Source: Octopus sinensis (taxonomy: Eukaryota). Taken from it: 64,000 nt of DNA. Of this stretch, positions 1 to 13,104 are shown in pieces. The notes below the pieces were generated by a model, which was not told the DNA's origin, made no database searches, and saw only the letters and a list, made by a program, of their open reading frames with translations. Position numbers and translations under genes: made by a program. Numbering within the stretch: the first letter of the stretch is position 1; each line of letters opens with the position of its first letter. Location: positions 27,652,001 through 27,716,000 of the forward strand of contig NC_043014.1 of NCBI RefSeq assembly GCF_006345805.1. The letters run 5' to 3'.

Positions 1-141
1 GAATTGTATCATGGTGCTGTTTTTCTCACAGGTGGTGCCCAACTGATCCAACTATACTAAGTAGTCGACAAAATCAAAAACAAACAATGTGCATGTGGGA
101 AATTTAAAATATACAATGGCAACAATTTACCCATTGCACCC
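1..141 (-). mobile_element. 5' end of a Tc1/mariner-superfamily (maT/DD37D-like) element, cut by the window edge
   Basis: The reverse complement (GGGTGCAATGGGTAAATTGTTGCCATT...CAGTTGGGCACC...TGTGAGAAA) matches the start of the element at ~23757-23890. It abuts (TA)n. Confidence 0.75.
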
Positions 142-185
<44 letters not shown>

Positions 186-234
186 GCAATGGGTAAATTG
201 TTATGATAAATTGTAAATGATAAAAGGTGTTTTT

Positions 235-340
235 TTTCTAATTTATTTATACATATTATAATTTGTGAAATTTGATTTAGTATTTCTAAATTGAATTTTT
301 CCCTGTAAGTTTGGAATAATATTCCCTCACATTATATATA
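235..340 (-). repeat. Fragment of an AT-rich dispersed repeat, probably Penelope-associated
   Basis: AATTGAATTTTTCCCTGTAAGTTTGGAATAATATTCCCT is a close reverse-complement match to 40390-40435. Confidence 0.5.
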
Positions 341-355
341 TATATATATATATAT

Positions 356-650
356 ACATGAGCAGAATTTAGAATTTAGGTTAGTTGAAATATGTTTGTC
401 AGATATTTCAAGTGCTATAAGACAAATACACTACAGTTATTGTGGAGAAAAAATCTGTATGGTAAAAAGGTGTGAAAACACCCAATTCGTGCAGTGTTGC
501 TCTCTTTTAGGAATCCCAGATATTTATGTTTTGAGTTTTTGAGACAACTCTGAATGAACTTGATAAAGCTGTAGCATTATATATAATACATTATATATAT
601 AACACATTGACTGATGTGCACTAGCAGATTGCCCTGATCGAGGTAAATAA
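356..650. mobile_element. Partial, inverted copy of the MITE at 1174-1590
   Basis: Colinear with the reverse complement of ~1255-1560 (e.g. GGTAAAAAGGTGTGAAA.CACCCAATTCGT and TTAGGAATCCCAGA), with indels. Confidence 0.75.
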
Positions 651-679
651 CGGACCATTGATGCAAAGCAGTGTTTCTT

Positions 680-796
680 CAGTTTTTCTAAACCCTGTCA
701 AAGAACTTGGAAGGCTGGACCTCCAACCAGGCCTTTCACAATGCTCTTAAAGCTAGGAACTTTTCAGCACCCCTTGTATATCTTGGCCACATAATG

Positions 797-800
<4 letters not shown>
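680..800 (-). mobile_element. Mariner-type terminal fragment
   Basis: Reverse complement TACAAGGGGTGCTGAAAAGTTCCT... matches 1667-1770. Confidence 0.6.
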
Positions 801-847
<47 letters not shown>

Positions 848-850
848 CGT

Positions 851-903
<53 letters not shown>

Positions 904-1122
904 TTTGATAGTTATATATATTTAATAAAAAAAATTAAAATTTAAAATTTAAAAAAATTATAAATATAAATTAATAATTTTAATTTTAAATTTGAATAAT
1001 TTAAATTTTTAAATTTTATATCTTATATATTTTGTATATTATATTAATTATTTTTATTTTTATGTTTTGGTTTATGGTTTTCACTGTTTGATTTGCCTAA
1101 TAGTGGTTTTATCTCTAATTTA

Positions 1123-1162
<40 letters not shown>

Positions 1163-1173
1163 GCTATATATGT

Positions 1174-1590
1174 CAGAGCATTGGTGCAAAGCAGTGTTTT
1201 AGGTATGAGAAGGTTAGTTGAAATATGTTTTAGCAGTTAAAATATGTGACAAACATATTTACCTGGATTGGGCAATCTACTAGTGCAAATCAGTCAACAT
1301 GTTGACTGAATTATATATAGAGCTACAGCTTTATTAGTTCGTTCAGAGTTGCCTCTCTTAGGTACATATCATTGACAAGTGTCAAAAAACTCAAAACATT
1401 GATGTCTGGGATTCCTAAGAGAGGGTGACACTAAACGAATTGGGTGCTTTCACACCTTTTTACCATAAGAGAGATTTTTTTCTCCATGGTAACTACAGTG
1501 TATTTGTCTTTTAACAGTTGAAATATGTGACATATTTCAAATAACCTAAATTCTGCTCATACCTAAACACTGCTTTGTACCAATGCTCTG
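1174..1590. mobile_element. MITE (~417 bp) with ~55-60-bp imperfect terminal inverted repeats
   Basis: Left end CAGAGCATTGGTGCAAAGCAGTGTTTTAGGTATGAG..GGTTAGTTGAAATATGT; right end (rc) CAGAGCATTGGTACAAAGCAGTGTTTAGGTATGAG..GGTTATTTGAAATATGT. No ORF. Superfamily not resolved. Confidence 0.8.
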
Positions 1591-1668
1591 ATATACATGT
1601 GTGTGTGTCTGTGTCTGTCTGTCTGTGTGTTTTATATATATACTTATACATTATGTGGCCAAGATATA

Positions 1669-1830
1669 CAAGGGATTGCTGAAAAGTTCTTGGCTTTGAA
1701 GTATTGCGAAAGGCCTGGCTGGAGGTCCAACCTTTCAAGTTCTTTTACAGGGTTTAGAATAATTGAAGGAGTGCTACAGTAAGTGTATGGATCTAGGAGG
1801 GGAATATGTTGAATACAATCATAATCTACT
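1669..1830 (+). mobile_element. Short mariner-derived remnant (TIR joined to the transposase C-terminal codons)
   Basis: TA followed by CAAGGGATTGCTGAAAAGTTC. It then encodes KCMDLGGEYVE, which resembles the mariner C-terminus KC(I/V)xxxGxY(V/F)E. Confidence 0.6.
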
Positions 1831-1885
1831 GATCCTCCTGTATTTTATTTTACTCAAAGCCAGGAACTGTTCAAACCCCCACATA

Positions 1886-2279
<394 letters not shown>

Positions 2280-3067
2280 AAAATAGTAAAGAGTGAAAAA
2301 ACGACAGAAGGCTTAAATGTTAAAAAATATATATTTGCGTCAAAATGTCTGGAGAATATACATATATATATATGTATGTATGTATGTATGAATGCATTTC
2401 CATATATGTATAATAAGATAATAGATATAATTATTATTTTTATTTTGGTTACTTTTTATTCAACATTTTATTCAGTTTTGATAAACTATTATGATCTGTT
2501 TAATTAACTTTCTGACCCCATATTGTTTTGAAACAGGCCTAACGGATACGATTAAAGGAATTAGCCAATTGGAAATAGATCAACAGTTTACGTGACCGCT
2601 CCCTGAACCTTGATATATTTTAAATATTTAATATGCATAGCCAATATCTTAAATGACTGCTCCCTGGCCCCCATTATAATTTTAAATATCGTTATATATT
2701 TAATACCCATACTTCAATGCAAACCTTGGACTTAATTTAAGTAGGACACAGAGTTTAGTTGCTACTAATTTTTTAAAAACTAAATTCATTTGATTTTGCG
2801 GATATATACTTTAATATCCATACAACAGGAATGTAAACACTGTGAAATCTAATATGCATATAACGGGGCTTATATTTTGTGGAATGGACCTTACCTGGAT
2901 CTGTAATTTGGACTGAATGTTTTGGATACTTGAATTTAGCCTTTTCGTGTTGGCGGATGCACTAAGTACTATTTAGATTTTGTTTGTATAATATATTCAT
3001 ACACAAATATCTTGTTTGTGCATATGTTTATATATATATATATGTGCAAGTGTGAACTTTTATACTT

Positions 3068-3862
<795 letters not shown>

Positions 3863-3892
3863 CAGATAGATAGATAGATAGATATAGATATA

Positions 3893-4176
3893 GATATACA
3901 CACACACATACAAAGATAAATTGATAGATACAACTGAGTGGGTAAACAAAAATATGAGACACTGCCTAGTGCTTTTTTTATGTTGATAAGCCTGGTACTT
4001 ATTCTATTAGTTTATTCTTGTCAAACAAGTAAGTTATGTGGATGTAAGTAAATGAACAGCAGTTGTGAAGCAGTGATGAGGGAGAAACACAAAGACACAC
4101 ACATAGACTTACATATATACATACATATATATACGATTGATTTGTTTCAGTTCCTGTCTACGAAATCCATATATAT
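3893..4176 (-). repeat. SINE 3' portion; first unit of a local tandem duplication (second unit ~6926-7205)
   Basis: About 280 bp nearly identical to 6926-7205, including the non-SINE flank CATACAAAGATAAATT.ATAGATACAACTGAGTGGG. Confidence 0.75.
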
Positions 4177-6872
4177 TGTTGTTGGCATCCTTTTTATCTC
4201 AGAAAACAATGGAGTTGCGCATAAAATAGTCTAGTCTGGCTTTTACATTTCATGTCCTAATACATCTCCTGCTGTGGTTATGTAGTCCTATCCTGGACAA
4301 ACACTCCCTCTGGCAGGTGCCGCAAATGTAGCGAAGACTTTGCCTGGCTGGTTGTAATGTCATAGTTTTTTTTTGACGTCTTTTCTTGTCTTTCCTTTCT
4401 CCTCTCTCTCTCTGTCACTCCTTTCCTCTTTTACGGTATGTCGTCAATCTCCACGGTTGCTGGCAACTGCTTCCCAGTTGGTAATATTGATGTTGCAGGC
4501 ATTCATGTCCCTTTTGCAAACATCCTTGTATCGTAAGAACGGTCTTCCCACAGACCTAGTGCCCCTAGCAAGCTCTTCGTTGAGTATGTCCTTGGGGATT
4601 CTGCCATCTTCCATACAGCTAACATGTCCAAACTATCTCATACGTCTATGTGTGAGGAGTGCAAACATGCTTGGTATTCCTGCTTGCTTGAGGACATCTT
4701 TGTTGGGGACATGATTCTGCCATTTGATGCAAAGGATTTTCCGGAGGCAGCGCAGGTGAAAGATGTTTAGGCGATGCTCATGGTGTGTGTATGGCGTCCA
4801 AGTCTCACTTCCATACAGTTGAGTGCTAAGTACACATGCCTGGTAAATCTTCAATTTTGTGGTCTTGGTCAGCTTATTGTTGTCCCATGCTCATTTGGCG
4901 AGTTGGGCCATCACAGCAGCTGCCTTGCCAATGCGTATATTGAGCTCAGCAACAAGGGATAGGTTGTAGGTGACGGTAGAGCCGAGATAGGTAAACTTCT
5001 CCACCTCCTGTAGTCTGTGGTCTCCAATATGTATGTTTGGGATGTCTGATGTAGCCTGACCCATGATGTTGGTCTTCTTGAGGCTGATAACTAAGCCAAA
5101 GTTGCCACATGCTTGCTCAAACAGTTGATGAGCCTTTGTAGGGCTTCTTCTGTGTGTGATACCAGAGCGGCATAATCAGCAAATAGCATCTCCTTGATCA
5201 GGACGCTTCTGATTTTGGTCTTAGCACACAGACGTGAGAGATTGAACAGTTTCCTGTCACTTCTACTGTGCAGAAACACTCCATCATCTGATGTCTCAAA
5301 GGCATGTGACAGCAGCAGTGAGAAGAAGATGCCAAATAATGTAGGAGCAAAGACACAACCTTGCTTTACCCCATTTTTTATTTGGAAGGCGGCTGATATT
5401 GAACCATTGTGCTGTATGTTGCCTTGCATATCATCATGGAAAGATTTGATGATCCTCAGCAGCTTTGGTGGACATCCGATTTTTTGAAGCAGGATGAAGA
5501 GCCTTTTCTATTTACCAAGTCAAAGGCCTTTGTCAGATCAATGAAGGCCATATATAATGGTATTTTCTGCTCTCTGGACTTCTCCTGAAGTTGACGTATG
5601 GAGAATATCATCTCAATAATTGTTCTAAAGCCACACTGCGATTCTGGATAAATTCGAGAAGCAAACAGTTGCAGCCTGGACAGGATAATGCGAGCAAAGG
5701 CCTTTCCAACAGTGCTCAGAAGAGATATTCCATGGTAATTGTTACAATCACCATGGTCACCTTTGTTTTTGTAAAGCGTAATGATGTTAGCATCCTGCAT
5801 ATCCTGAGGGACTGTACCCTCTTCCCAGTGCTGACACAGAAGCTCATGAAGGTGTCGAAGCAGGATAGTGTTTTTGCCGGTTTTGATGATCTCTAAGGGG
5901 ATGCTGTCTTTTTCCGGAGCCTTGTTACTTGCTAGGGAGTCAATAGCCTTGGTGAGCTCTGTTATAGATGGCAGATTGTCAAGTTCACATATGACTGGCA
6001 AGATTTTGACACCCTCGATTGCAGCCTCAGTTACCATGGTCTCCCGTGAGTAGAGATCCTGGTAGTACTCCACCCATCTATCCATTTGCTTGCTTTGGTC
6101 CTTGATGAGATCTCCAGTAGTTGATTTCAGAGGGGCTGACTTGGTTGTGGATGGACCGAGGGCTTTCTTCAAACCGGCATACATCCCACGGGTGTCACCA
6201 CTGTCAGCAGCTGACTGGATACTCTGACAAATTTCCTGCCAATACCTATTTGCACAGCGTCTGGCAGTCAGTTGGGTTTTATTTCTTGCCTTTCTGAGTT
6301 CTTTGAGTGACTTTGTAGAAGAATCACTCTTGTATTGCATCAGAGCTGCACGCTTTGCTTCGATAACTGTTTCCAGCTCTGAGAGCCCAGCACTGAACCA
6401 ATCTGGGTTTTGCCTTTCTCTCATGCCAAAAGTATTTATTGATGTGTTATACAAAGCTTCCCTGATATAATTCCATCTACTTTCAGCAGAAGAGGTTGGG
6501 TAGCTACTGAGGGCAACCTTGATAGAAACAGCAAAACATTGTCGCAGTGTAGGGTCCGAGGTTCTGGCAGTGTTAATGCATGGTCAGCCCATTTAGGCAG
6601 AATCCTCACCCTGCTTCTTATTAGTGAATGATCTGTGTCACAATCCATGCTGTGGTAACTACGGGTCAGTTGAACAGAATTCAGAAAGGATCTTCATGTA
6701 ATGATGAGATCCAGCTGATGCCAGTGGTGAGATCTTGGATGTCTCCAAGATATTTTGTGGGATGTCTTGTTGGCAAAGAATGTGTTAGTGATGCACAGGT
6801 TATGGCATGTGCAAAATTCAAGTAGTCTCTGACCATTGTCATTCATGTTGCCAATATCAAAACACATACACT
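4177..6872 (-). mobile_element. 5'-truncated RTE (BovB-like) LINE with a 45-bp target-site duplication
   Basis: Endonuclease remnant (NDNGQRLLEFC...SWRHPRSHHWHQLDLIIT). 332-aa ORF 5456-6454 has RT motifs (YHGISLLSTVGK, PESQCGFR, FIDLTKAFDLVNR). ORF 5091-5429 has GVKQGCV and MLFADY; ORF 4633-4854 has LYGSETW. The 3' tail is GGATGCCAACAACA. Frameshifted. Confidence 0.92.
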
Positions 6873-6925
6873 TACGATTGATTTGTTTCAGTTCTTGTCT
6901 ATGAAATCCATATATATGTATACAC

Positions 6926-7335
6926 ACACACACAACACACACACATACAAAGATAAATTCATAGATACAACTGAGTGGGCAAACAAAAATAAGAGACACT
7001 GGGTAGTACTTTTTTTATATTTTGATAAGCCTGGTACTTATTCTATCAGTTTCTTCTTGTGAAACCAGTAAGTTATGGGGATGTAAATAAACGAACACTA
7101 GTTGTGAAGCAGTGATGAGGGAGAAACACAAAGACACACATAGACTTACATATATACATACATATACATACAATTGATTTCTTTCAGTTTCTGTCTACAA
7201 AATCCACTGACAAGGCTTTGGTTGGTCTGAGGCTATAGCAGAAGGCACATGCCAAGTTACCACAGAGTGGGACTGAACTGAGAACCATGTGTTTTGGAAC
7301 CAAGTTTGTTACCACACAGCCACACCTGTACCTAT
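6926..7335 (-). mobile_element. tRNA-derived SINE with head at ~7335
   Basis: Reverse complement begins GGTGTGGCTGTGTGGTAA...GGTTCTCAGTTCAGTCCCACT (A/B-box-like). Same family as 41956-42364. Confidence 0.75.
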
Positions 7336-7629
7336 GTATGTGTGTGTGTGGATGGGGGGCTGTATGTGTGTATGGGTGTATATATGTATGCATATACATG
7401 TATGGCTAGATGTATATATATATAGATGTACATGTAATATGTACACATATATATACACATATATGTGTATATATATGTGTACATATTTGTATATATATAC
7501 ATCTAGCCATACATGTATATCTATAGAAATACATGTATACATATACAGCTATACATATACATGTATACATATACAGCTATATAGATACATGTATGTGTAT
7601 ATATATATATATACATCCATATACATACA

Positions 7630-7870
7630 ATAGAGAGATGTTTTTCTTTCACTTTTAACACATAAGATTGAAATAGTGGAGAAGATATGATATTGCTGTG
7701 GGCTCGTCCTAGGCGAGAGGTTAAACATTTTTTTGCTCATGACACTCCATGGACCCTAAGTAAGGCATGCGTAAAATTTGAATGAAATTGGTTGTGTAGT
7801 TCTCAAGTTTTAGGGATTCACACAGACAGACAGACATACACACACACATTCTCAGTTTTATATATATATA
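7630..7870 (-). mobile_element. 5' part of a non-autonomous Helitron-like element
   Basis: Reverse complement TATATAAAACTGAGAATGTGTG...TCCCTAAAACTTGAGAACTACACAACCAATTTC matches 38431-38830. Confidence 0.65.
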
Positions 7871-8049
7871 TTTCACATCCACTTTTCCATGCTTGCATGG
7901 ATCAGACAGATTACATCATGTCCATACTTGTTTACATGGCTGATTGAAAAAATGAAGAACACCTCATGCATGGCAGTAGCACTTACTTAATATCATTGCC
8001 CAATGTCAAGGCTAGAAGACAATAAAACAAACACTCATACACATGCATA

Positions 8050-8375
8050 AAGGAGCACTCCGTCGGTTACGACGACGAGAGTCCCAGCTGATATGATCAA
8101 CAGAACAGCTTGCTCATGAAATTAACGTGCAAGTGGCTGAGCACTCCACAAACACGTGTACCCTTAATGTAGTTCTCGGGGAGATTCAGCGTGACACTGT
8201 GTGACAAGGCTGGCCCTTTGAAATACAGGTACTACTCATTTTTGCCAGCTTGGTTGGACTGGAGCAACATAAAATAAAGTGTCTTGCTCAAGGACACAAG
8301 GTGCCGCCGGGAATTGAACTCACGACCTTACGATCATGAGCCGAATGCCCCTAACCACTAAGCCATGCGCCTTCA
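8050..8375 (-). mobile_element. tRNA-derived SINE (second family)
   Basis: Reverse complement GGCGCATGGCTTAGTGGTTAGGG...GTGAGTTCAATTCCCGG (A and B boxes) followed by TGTGTCCTTGAGCAAGACACTTT. Another head lies at 15520-15705. Confidence 0.8.
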
Positions 8376-8763
8376 CACATGCATATATACATACATATAT
8401 ATATATATGTATATAAGCATGTGTAGAAGTTATATATACATACATACCTATGTATACATGCATGCATACATCCATCCATACATTTATCCATTCATATATA
8501 CATACATATATAAATACATAGGGTGGTCTTCTTTTAGTTTCTGTCTACCAAATCTACTCACAAGGTGTTGATCTGCCCTAGGATATAGTAGAAATACTTG
8601 CCTAAGGTGCCTATCCATGCCAATATGTACGTGTGTGTGTGTGTGCGTGTGCGTGTCTGTGTCTGTGTGTGTGTGTGTGTAGATTGTTTGAAGTGGTGTA
8701 CAAATTTTATATATTAAGAAAAATTTTGTATAATTCTTTATTAGTGCTTTCATCTCATTTATG

Positions 8764-9076
8764 GACACTCCTCAGATATAAGTTTTATAGAAAATTTCTT
8801 ACCTTTTATGCAAATCCTGATGAGAATGTTTTTTGTTTTGTTTTGTTATCTATGTGTATGTGTGTGAATAGAAAGCAAGAAAGAGAAAATTCTTTTCTGT
8901 CCTTCTTTCTATCTTCCTCTCTTTCTTTCTCTCCTCCATTCTTTCCTCTATTATCTTTCTTTGTTTTCTATATATACACACATATAGATAACCAAACAAA
9001 ACAAAAAAAAAAACATCTTCCAGATTTGCATAAAAGGCAAAGAAATTTTCTGCAAAACCTATATTTGAGGAGTCTC
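8764..9076. mobile_element. Foldback/MITE-like element with ~95-bp imperfect inverted arms
   Basis: 8764-8860 (GACACTCCTCAGATATAAGTTTTATAGAAAATTTCTT.CCTTTTATGCAAATC) is inverted at 8982-9076 (GATTTGCATAAAAGGCAAAGAAATTTTCTGCAAAACCTATATTTGAGGAGTCTC). Confidence 0.7.
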
Positions 9077-10509
9077 AATGAATGTACTGCTATATGTACA
9101 TCTATGTGTGTATATATGTGTACATGTATGTATGTGTAGATGTATGTACGTGTATGTATAAATATATGTGGATGTGTGTATGGGTGTGTATATATGTGTG
9201 CATATATGAATATGTATGAACATGTGTGTATGGATATGCATGTGTCTGTGCACATCGACATATGTGCATATATGTGAGAGATGGTACAAGCATATGTATA
9301 TGTGTGTGTTTATATATTTTTATAACTTTCCCATACTATTATTCTATATTCCATATTCCATACTTTCAGCTATTGTCATTTAACGTTTTTTACAGTTCAT
9401 AAATATAAAATACCAGCATCCTATTACATCACTGATATTATACTTCACTTTTTGCTGACCTTAATTAGATTAATTGCAGCTAATTCTTAAAACTCATTCT
9501 TTAACTGTTTAAATGGATTATTGTTACCCCAGCCATTCATTTTTCATATTATTTCACTTCTCAAACAATATATTTCTATAATTTTTATAATTTATAATTT
9601 ATTACATTTCACTTGTTTCTTTATGATTTTTTAATTAGTTAAAAATTTTTTTTTTATATATTCAAACCTAATCCCTTTTTACCCCCATGCCTTATCTACT
9701 CCTTCACTTATAAAGATTTGGCAAGTTACTGCATAACTAATATCAGTATACTTCTGCTAATTCTAGACTCTAATTCTTAATTAATTTAAAAATTTTTAAA
9801 TGTAATGCATTATATATCTAACCCTAATCACTTTTACCCTTAGTCTCCTTTATAGGGCTGTTATATATGTATTACTAGCTAAGTTTTAATTTTCAAATTT
9901 TACCTCTTATTTGTTTATTGTTTCTATATTTGATTTTTCTATATTTTCTCTATTTTCCCAAATTTTTCATATATTTTCAATTCACCTCAACCATGTTCAT
10001 TCAAAACTAATATAGTTTATAAATTTCTTGACCACTTAATTATACTCTATATTCTTAATTTCTGCTTTAACTCTTTAGGACACACCTTCCTCTACTAGGT
10101 TTCCCCTTCTTTCTTCATTTTTTGCATCTCTTTTCACCTGCTTACATACTCTAAAGTCACTTCATCTTATTCTTCGTCTTCTTCATCCTTCCCACATGAT
10201 CTCTAAACTAATTATTCATTCCCTAACCATACTTTTATTTACTTTTTGTGTCCTCCAAATATAAGCAAAAAAAAAAAACAATGTCTGGAGGACGTGCAAT
10301 GTGAAAGCACACCATTGATGCAAGTTTGCTGAAGTGCCACTCGAATGTCTAAACCCACAAATATTACATAAATTTTCACTTCGAATTTTTGTGTAAAGTA
10401 GCATTGCATGCAGAAATGGTACAGAAGCAAATGTAACAAATCATTAAGGATGGGTTAAAGAATTTCTTTGTCTTATTATTTGGATTATATATATATATAT
10501 ATATATATA

Positions 10510-10830
10510 TCATCATCATCATTTAGCATCCATGTTACTTGCTGGCATAGGCTGGATGGTTTTATAGGAGCTGCTAAATTAGGGGATTGCACCAAACTCC
10601 ACTGTCTGTTTTTGGTATGACTTTTGGGGCTGGATCCCAACGCCAACCACTTTATGGAGTGAACTGAGTCCTTATTACATGGAACCAACACTCGTCAGGT
10701 CTGCTTTGGTATGATTTTTATGACTGATACCCTTCCAAATGTCAACCACTTTACAAAGTGGACTGGGTGCTTTTTATGTGACATCAGAACTGGCTAGGTC
10801 ACCAAGTAACTTACAAAACAAAGATCCTTT
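10510..10830 (-). mobile_element. RTE-LINE 3'-UTR/tail fragment
   Basis: (CAT)n tail and CATGTTACTTGCTGGCATAGG, related to the 1886, 25190 and 53443 copies. Confidence 0.6.
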
Positions 10831-10999
10831 AAGAGGTGGGTGGTATTGAAGTGGGTGGCTTTGTGCAAGGTAATGAGAGGTTAGAGTATGATAGAGGTGT
10901 CTTGCTGTAGAAGAAATACATAGTTACTCCAGTCAAAGTGAGAGAGAGAGAGAGTAAACAAGGAAGAAAGAATAAGAATGAAAAGGAGGAGTGAGAGAG

Positions 11000-12360
11000 A
11001 ACAAGGGATGTAGTGTTGAAAGCTATCTGTACTTTTGTCAAAACTTCCTTTATGTTAGCCACACTGCCAACAGCACTCACATGCTAAAAGGTGGTACTAT
11101 TGTGGTTACATAACCAATGTTTGACCTTGATCTCTCCATTATTCTTTTTTTTTTTTGTTACAAAGCTATTCTATTGGCAATGTGCACCAAGGAAAAACAG
11201 AGATCAATGATCAGATTTCTTAGGTCTGAAGGTGCGTCAGGAGCTGAAATTCACTGCAGGCTTTCAGAACAATACGAAGATAGTGCTCTATCATGTAGAA
11301 GTGTGTATGGGTGGACTATGAAGTTTTAAAAGGCCTGGACAAGCATAAAGCATGAATAGGAAACAGGACACCCACCAGCCTATGCCACTGACACGAAGAT
11401 TCAACAAGCTGAGAGATGGTTCTGGTGAACTGACAAGTAACCATTGATAAGGTGGCATGTTCTCTGCAAATTAGTCATGGTTCTGCATATGAAATCGTTC
11501 GTGACAAGCTTTGATTCCATAAAGTCTGTGCAAAGTGGGTGCTAAAAAAGATTACAATTATGTGTAAGCACAATTATGTGGAGATCTGTCTACACTTACT
11601 TGATCACAACAATGAAAGTGAAGATGTTTTGGAGAGAATAGTCACAGGAGATGAGACCTGGATCCATCAATCTGAGCTGGGATCTAAAAATGAGAGTATA
11701 GAATGGAAGCACCTGGAATCTCCAGTGAAAAAGGAATTCAAAACTCAGCCTTCTACAGAAAAAGTGATATTAACTGTTTTCTGGGATGCAAAAGAGTCTA
11801 TACTGGAAAATTACTTGGAAAAGGGGCATACTGTCACCAATGTAGGCCACAGTGAAATGCTGACTGACAAATTGAAACCAGCAATTCACACCAAATGCCA
11901 AGGTCAACTTGAAACCCAATGCCAACTTATTGTGCAACAATAACACTTGCTTTAACAAATTGTTAAAGTAAGTATTATTGTTGCATAATAATGTCATTGT
12001 TGCATAATATGGCCACCCATTGAAACCACTAAAAAATTGGGTTTCAAGTTGCCGAAAAACCCTGCACACAGTCCAAGTCTCACTCCTTTTGACTATCATC
12101 TTTTTGGACCACTTAAACGTTCTTTACAAGGTCGTCAACTTGCTACGGACAAAGTAGCGCAGGAAACAGTACATAAATGGCTGTGTAACCACCTGAAGAC
12201 CTTCTTTAATGGCATAAGGAAGCTTGTGGACTACTGGAAGAAGTGCTTCAAAAAGCAAGGTGACTATTTTGAAAAATGATGTAATTGTACAACCCCTGTT
12301 TTTGTTTTAATAAATTACAGAAACAAGATTGTGTACAATTCTTGATGTATTTTATCAACT
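11000..12360 (+). mobile_element. Decayed mariner (DD34D) transposon
   Basis: Broken frames give EKQRSMIRFLRSEG, RIVTGDETWIH, KVILTVFWD and SPSLTPFDYHLFGPLK...KCFKKQGDYFEK. Ends poorly preserved. Confidence 0.88.
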
Positions 12361-12369
12361 CCAGAAGAA

Positions 12370-12720
12370 TGAAAAGCAAAGAAGTTGCCCATGGTGAAAT
12401 TTGACCTGAGAACATAAAGACAGACAAAATGCAACTGAGCATTTTGCCTGGCTTGCTAATGGTTCTGCTAGCTTGCCACCTTAATCATTATGAAATATTG
12501 GTTTCAAATTGTGGTACAAGGCTAGCAAGTTTGGGGGAGAGGGAAGTTGATTACATTGAACCCAGTACTCAACTGGTATGTATTTCATCAACCCAAAAAG
12601 GGTGAAAGGCAAAGTCAACCTTGGCAGAATTTGAACTCAGAATGTGTAAAGACAGACAAAATGCCACTAAGCATTTTGTCTAGTGTGCTAACAGTTCTAC
12701 CAGCCTGCCACCCTAATCAT
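12370..12720 (-). mobile_element. SINE with a duplicated tRNA-like head
   Basis: AAAGACAGACAAAATGC...AGCATTTTG...GCTTGCCACC occurs twice (~12410 and ~12650). The internal CCCCAGTACTCAACTGGTA...GGCAAAGTCAACCTTGGCAGAATTTGAACTC is related to 63400-63720. Confidence 0.65.
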
Positions 12721-13104
12721 GTTGAAATATTACTATATAATTTGTTATTTATTGGTTATCTTATGTTTTTCATAAAATTTCTGAATATCAATAAATCACG
12801 TGACTCATTTATACTTTGCAGTCTCTGTACAACATTACTGACTTACATCATAGTCAGTAGGTCAGTAACATGGTGCAATTACTGTAAATAGGTTGTGGCT
12901 GTTGTATTAACATTGGTTGAAGGTTTTTTTTTCAATTCAAAATTTTAATTAGCTTATTATCACCAATCATTACTTCTACAGAATCAGAATATATTTTTTC
13001 AAGTATAGAATGTATACCTTTTCTTTCTTTGTGGAAGTAAGCTATAGTTAACCACACACACACTCACAAATGAGTGTGTGTTTCCATATATATATATATA
13101 TATA

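Noticed and set aside
900-1140. Extremely AT-rich tract as a possible mitochondrial insertion
   Set aside because: No mitochondrial gene, tRNA or rRNA was recognisable. Its end (TAGTGGTTTTATCTCTAATT) matches the dispersed repeat at 40470-40500.
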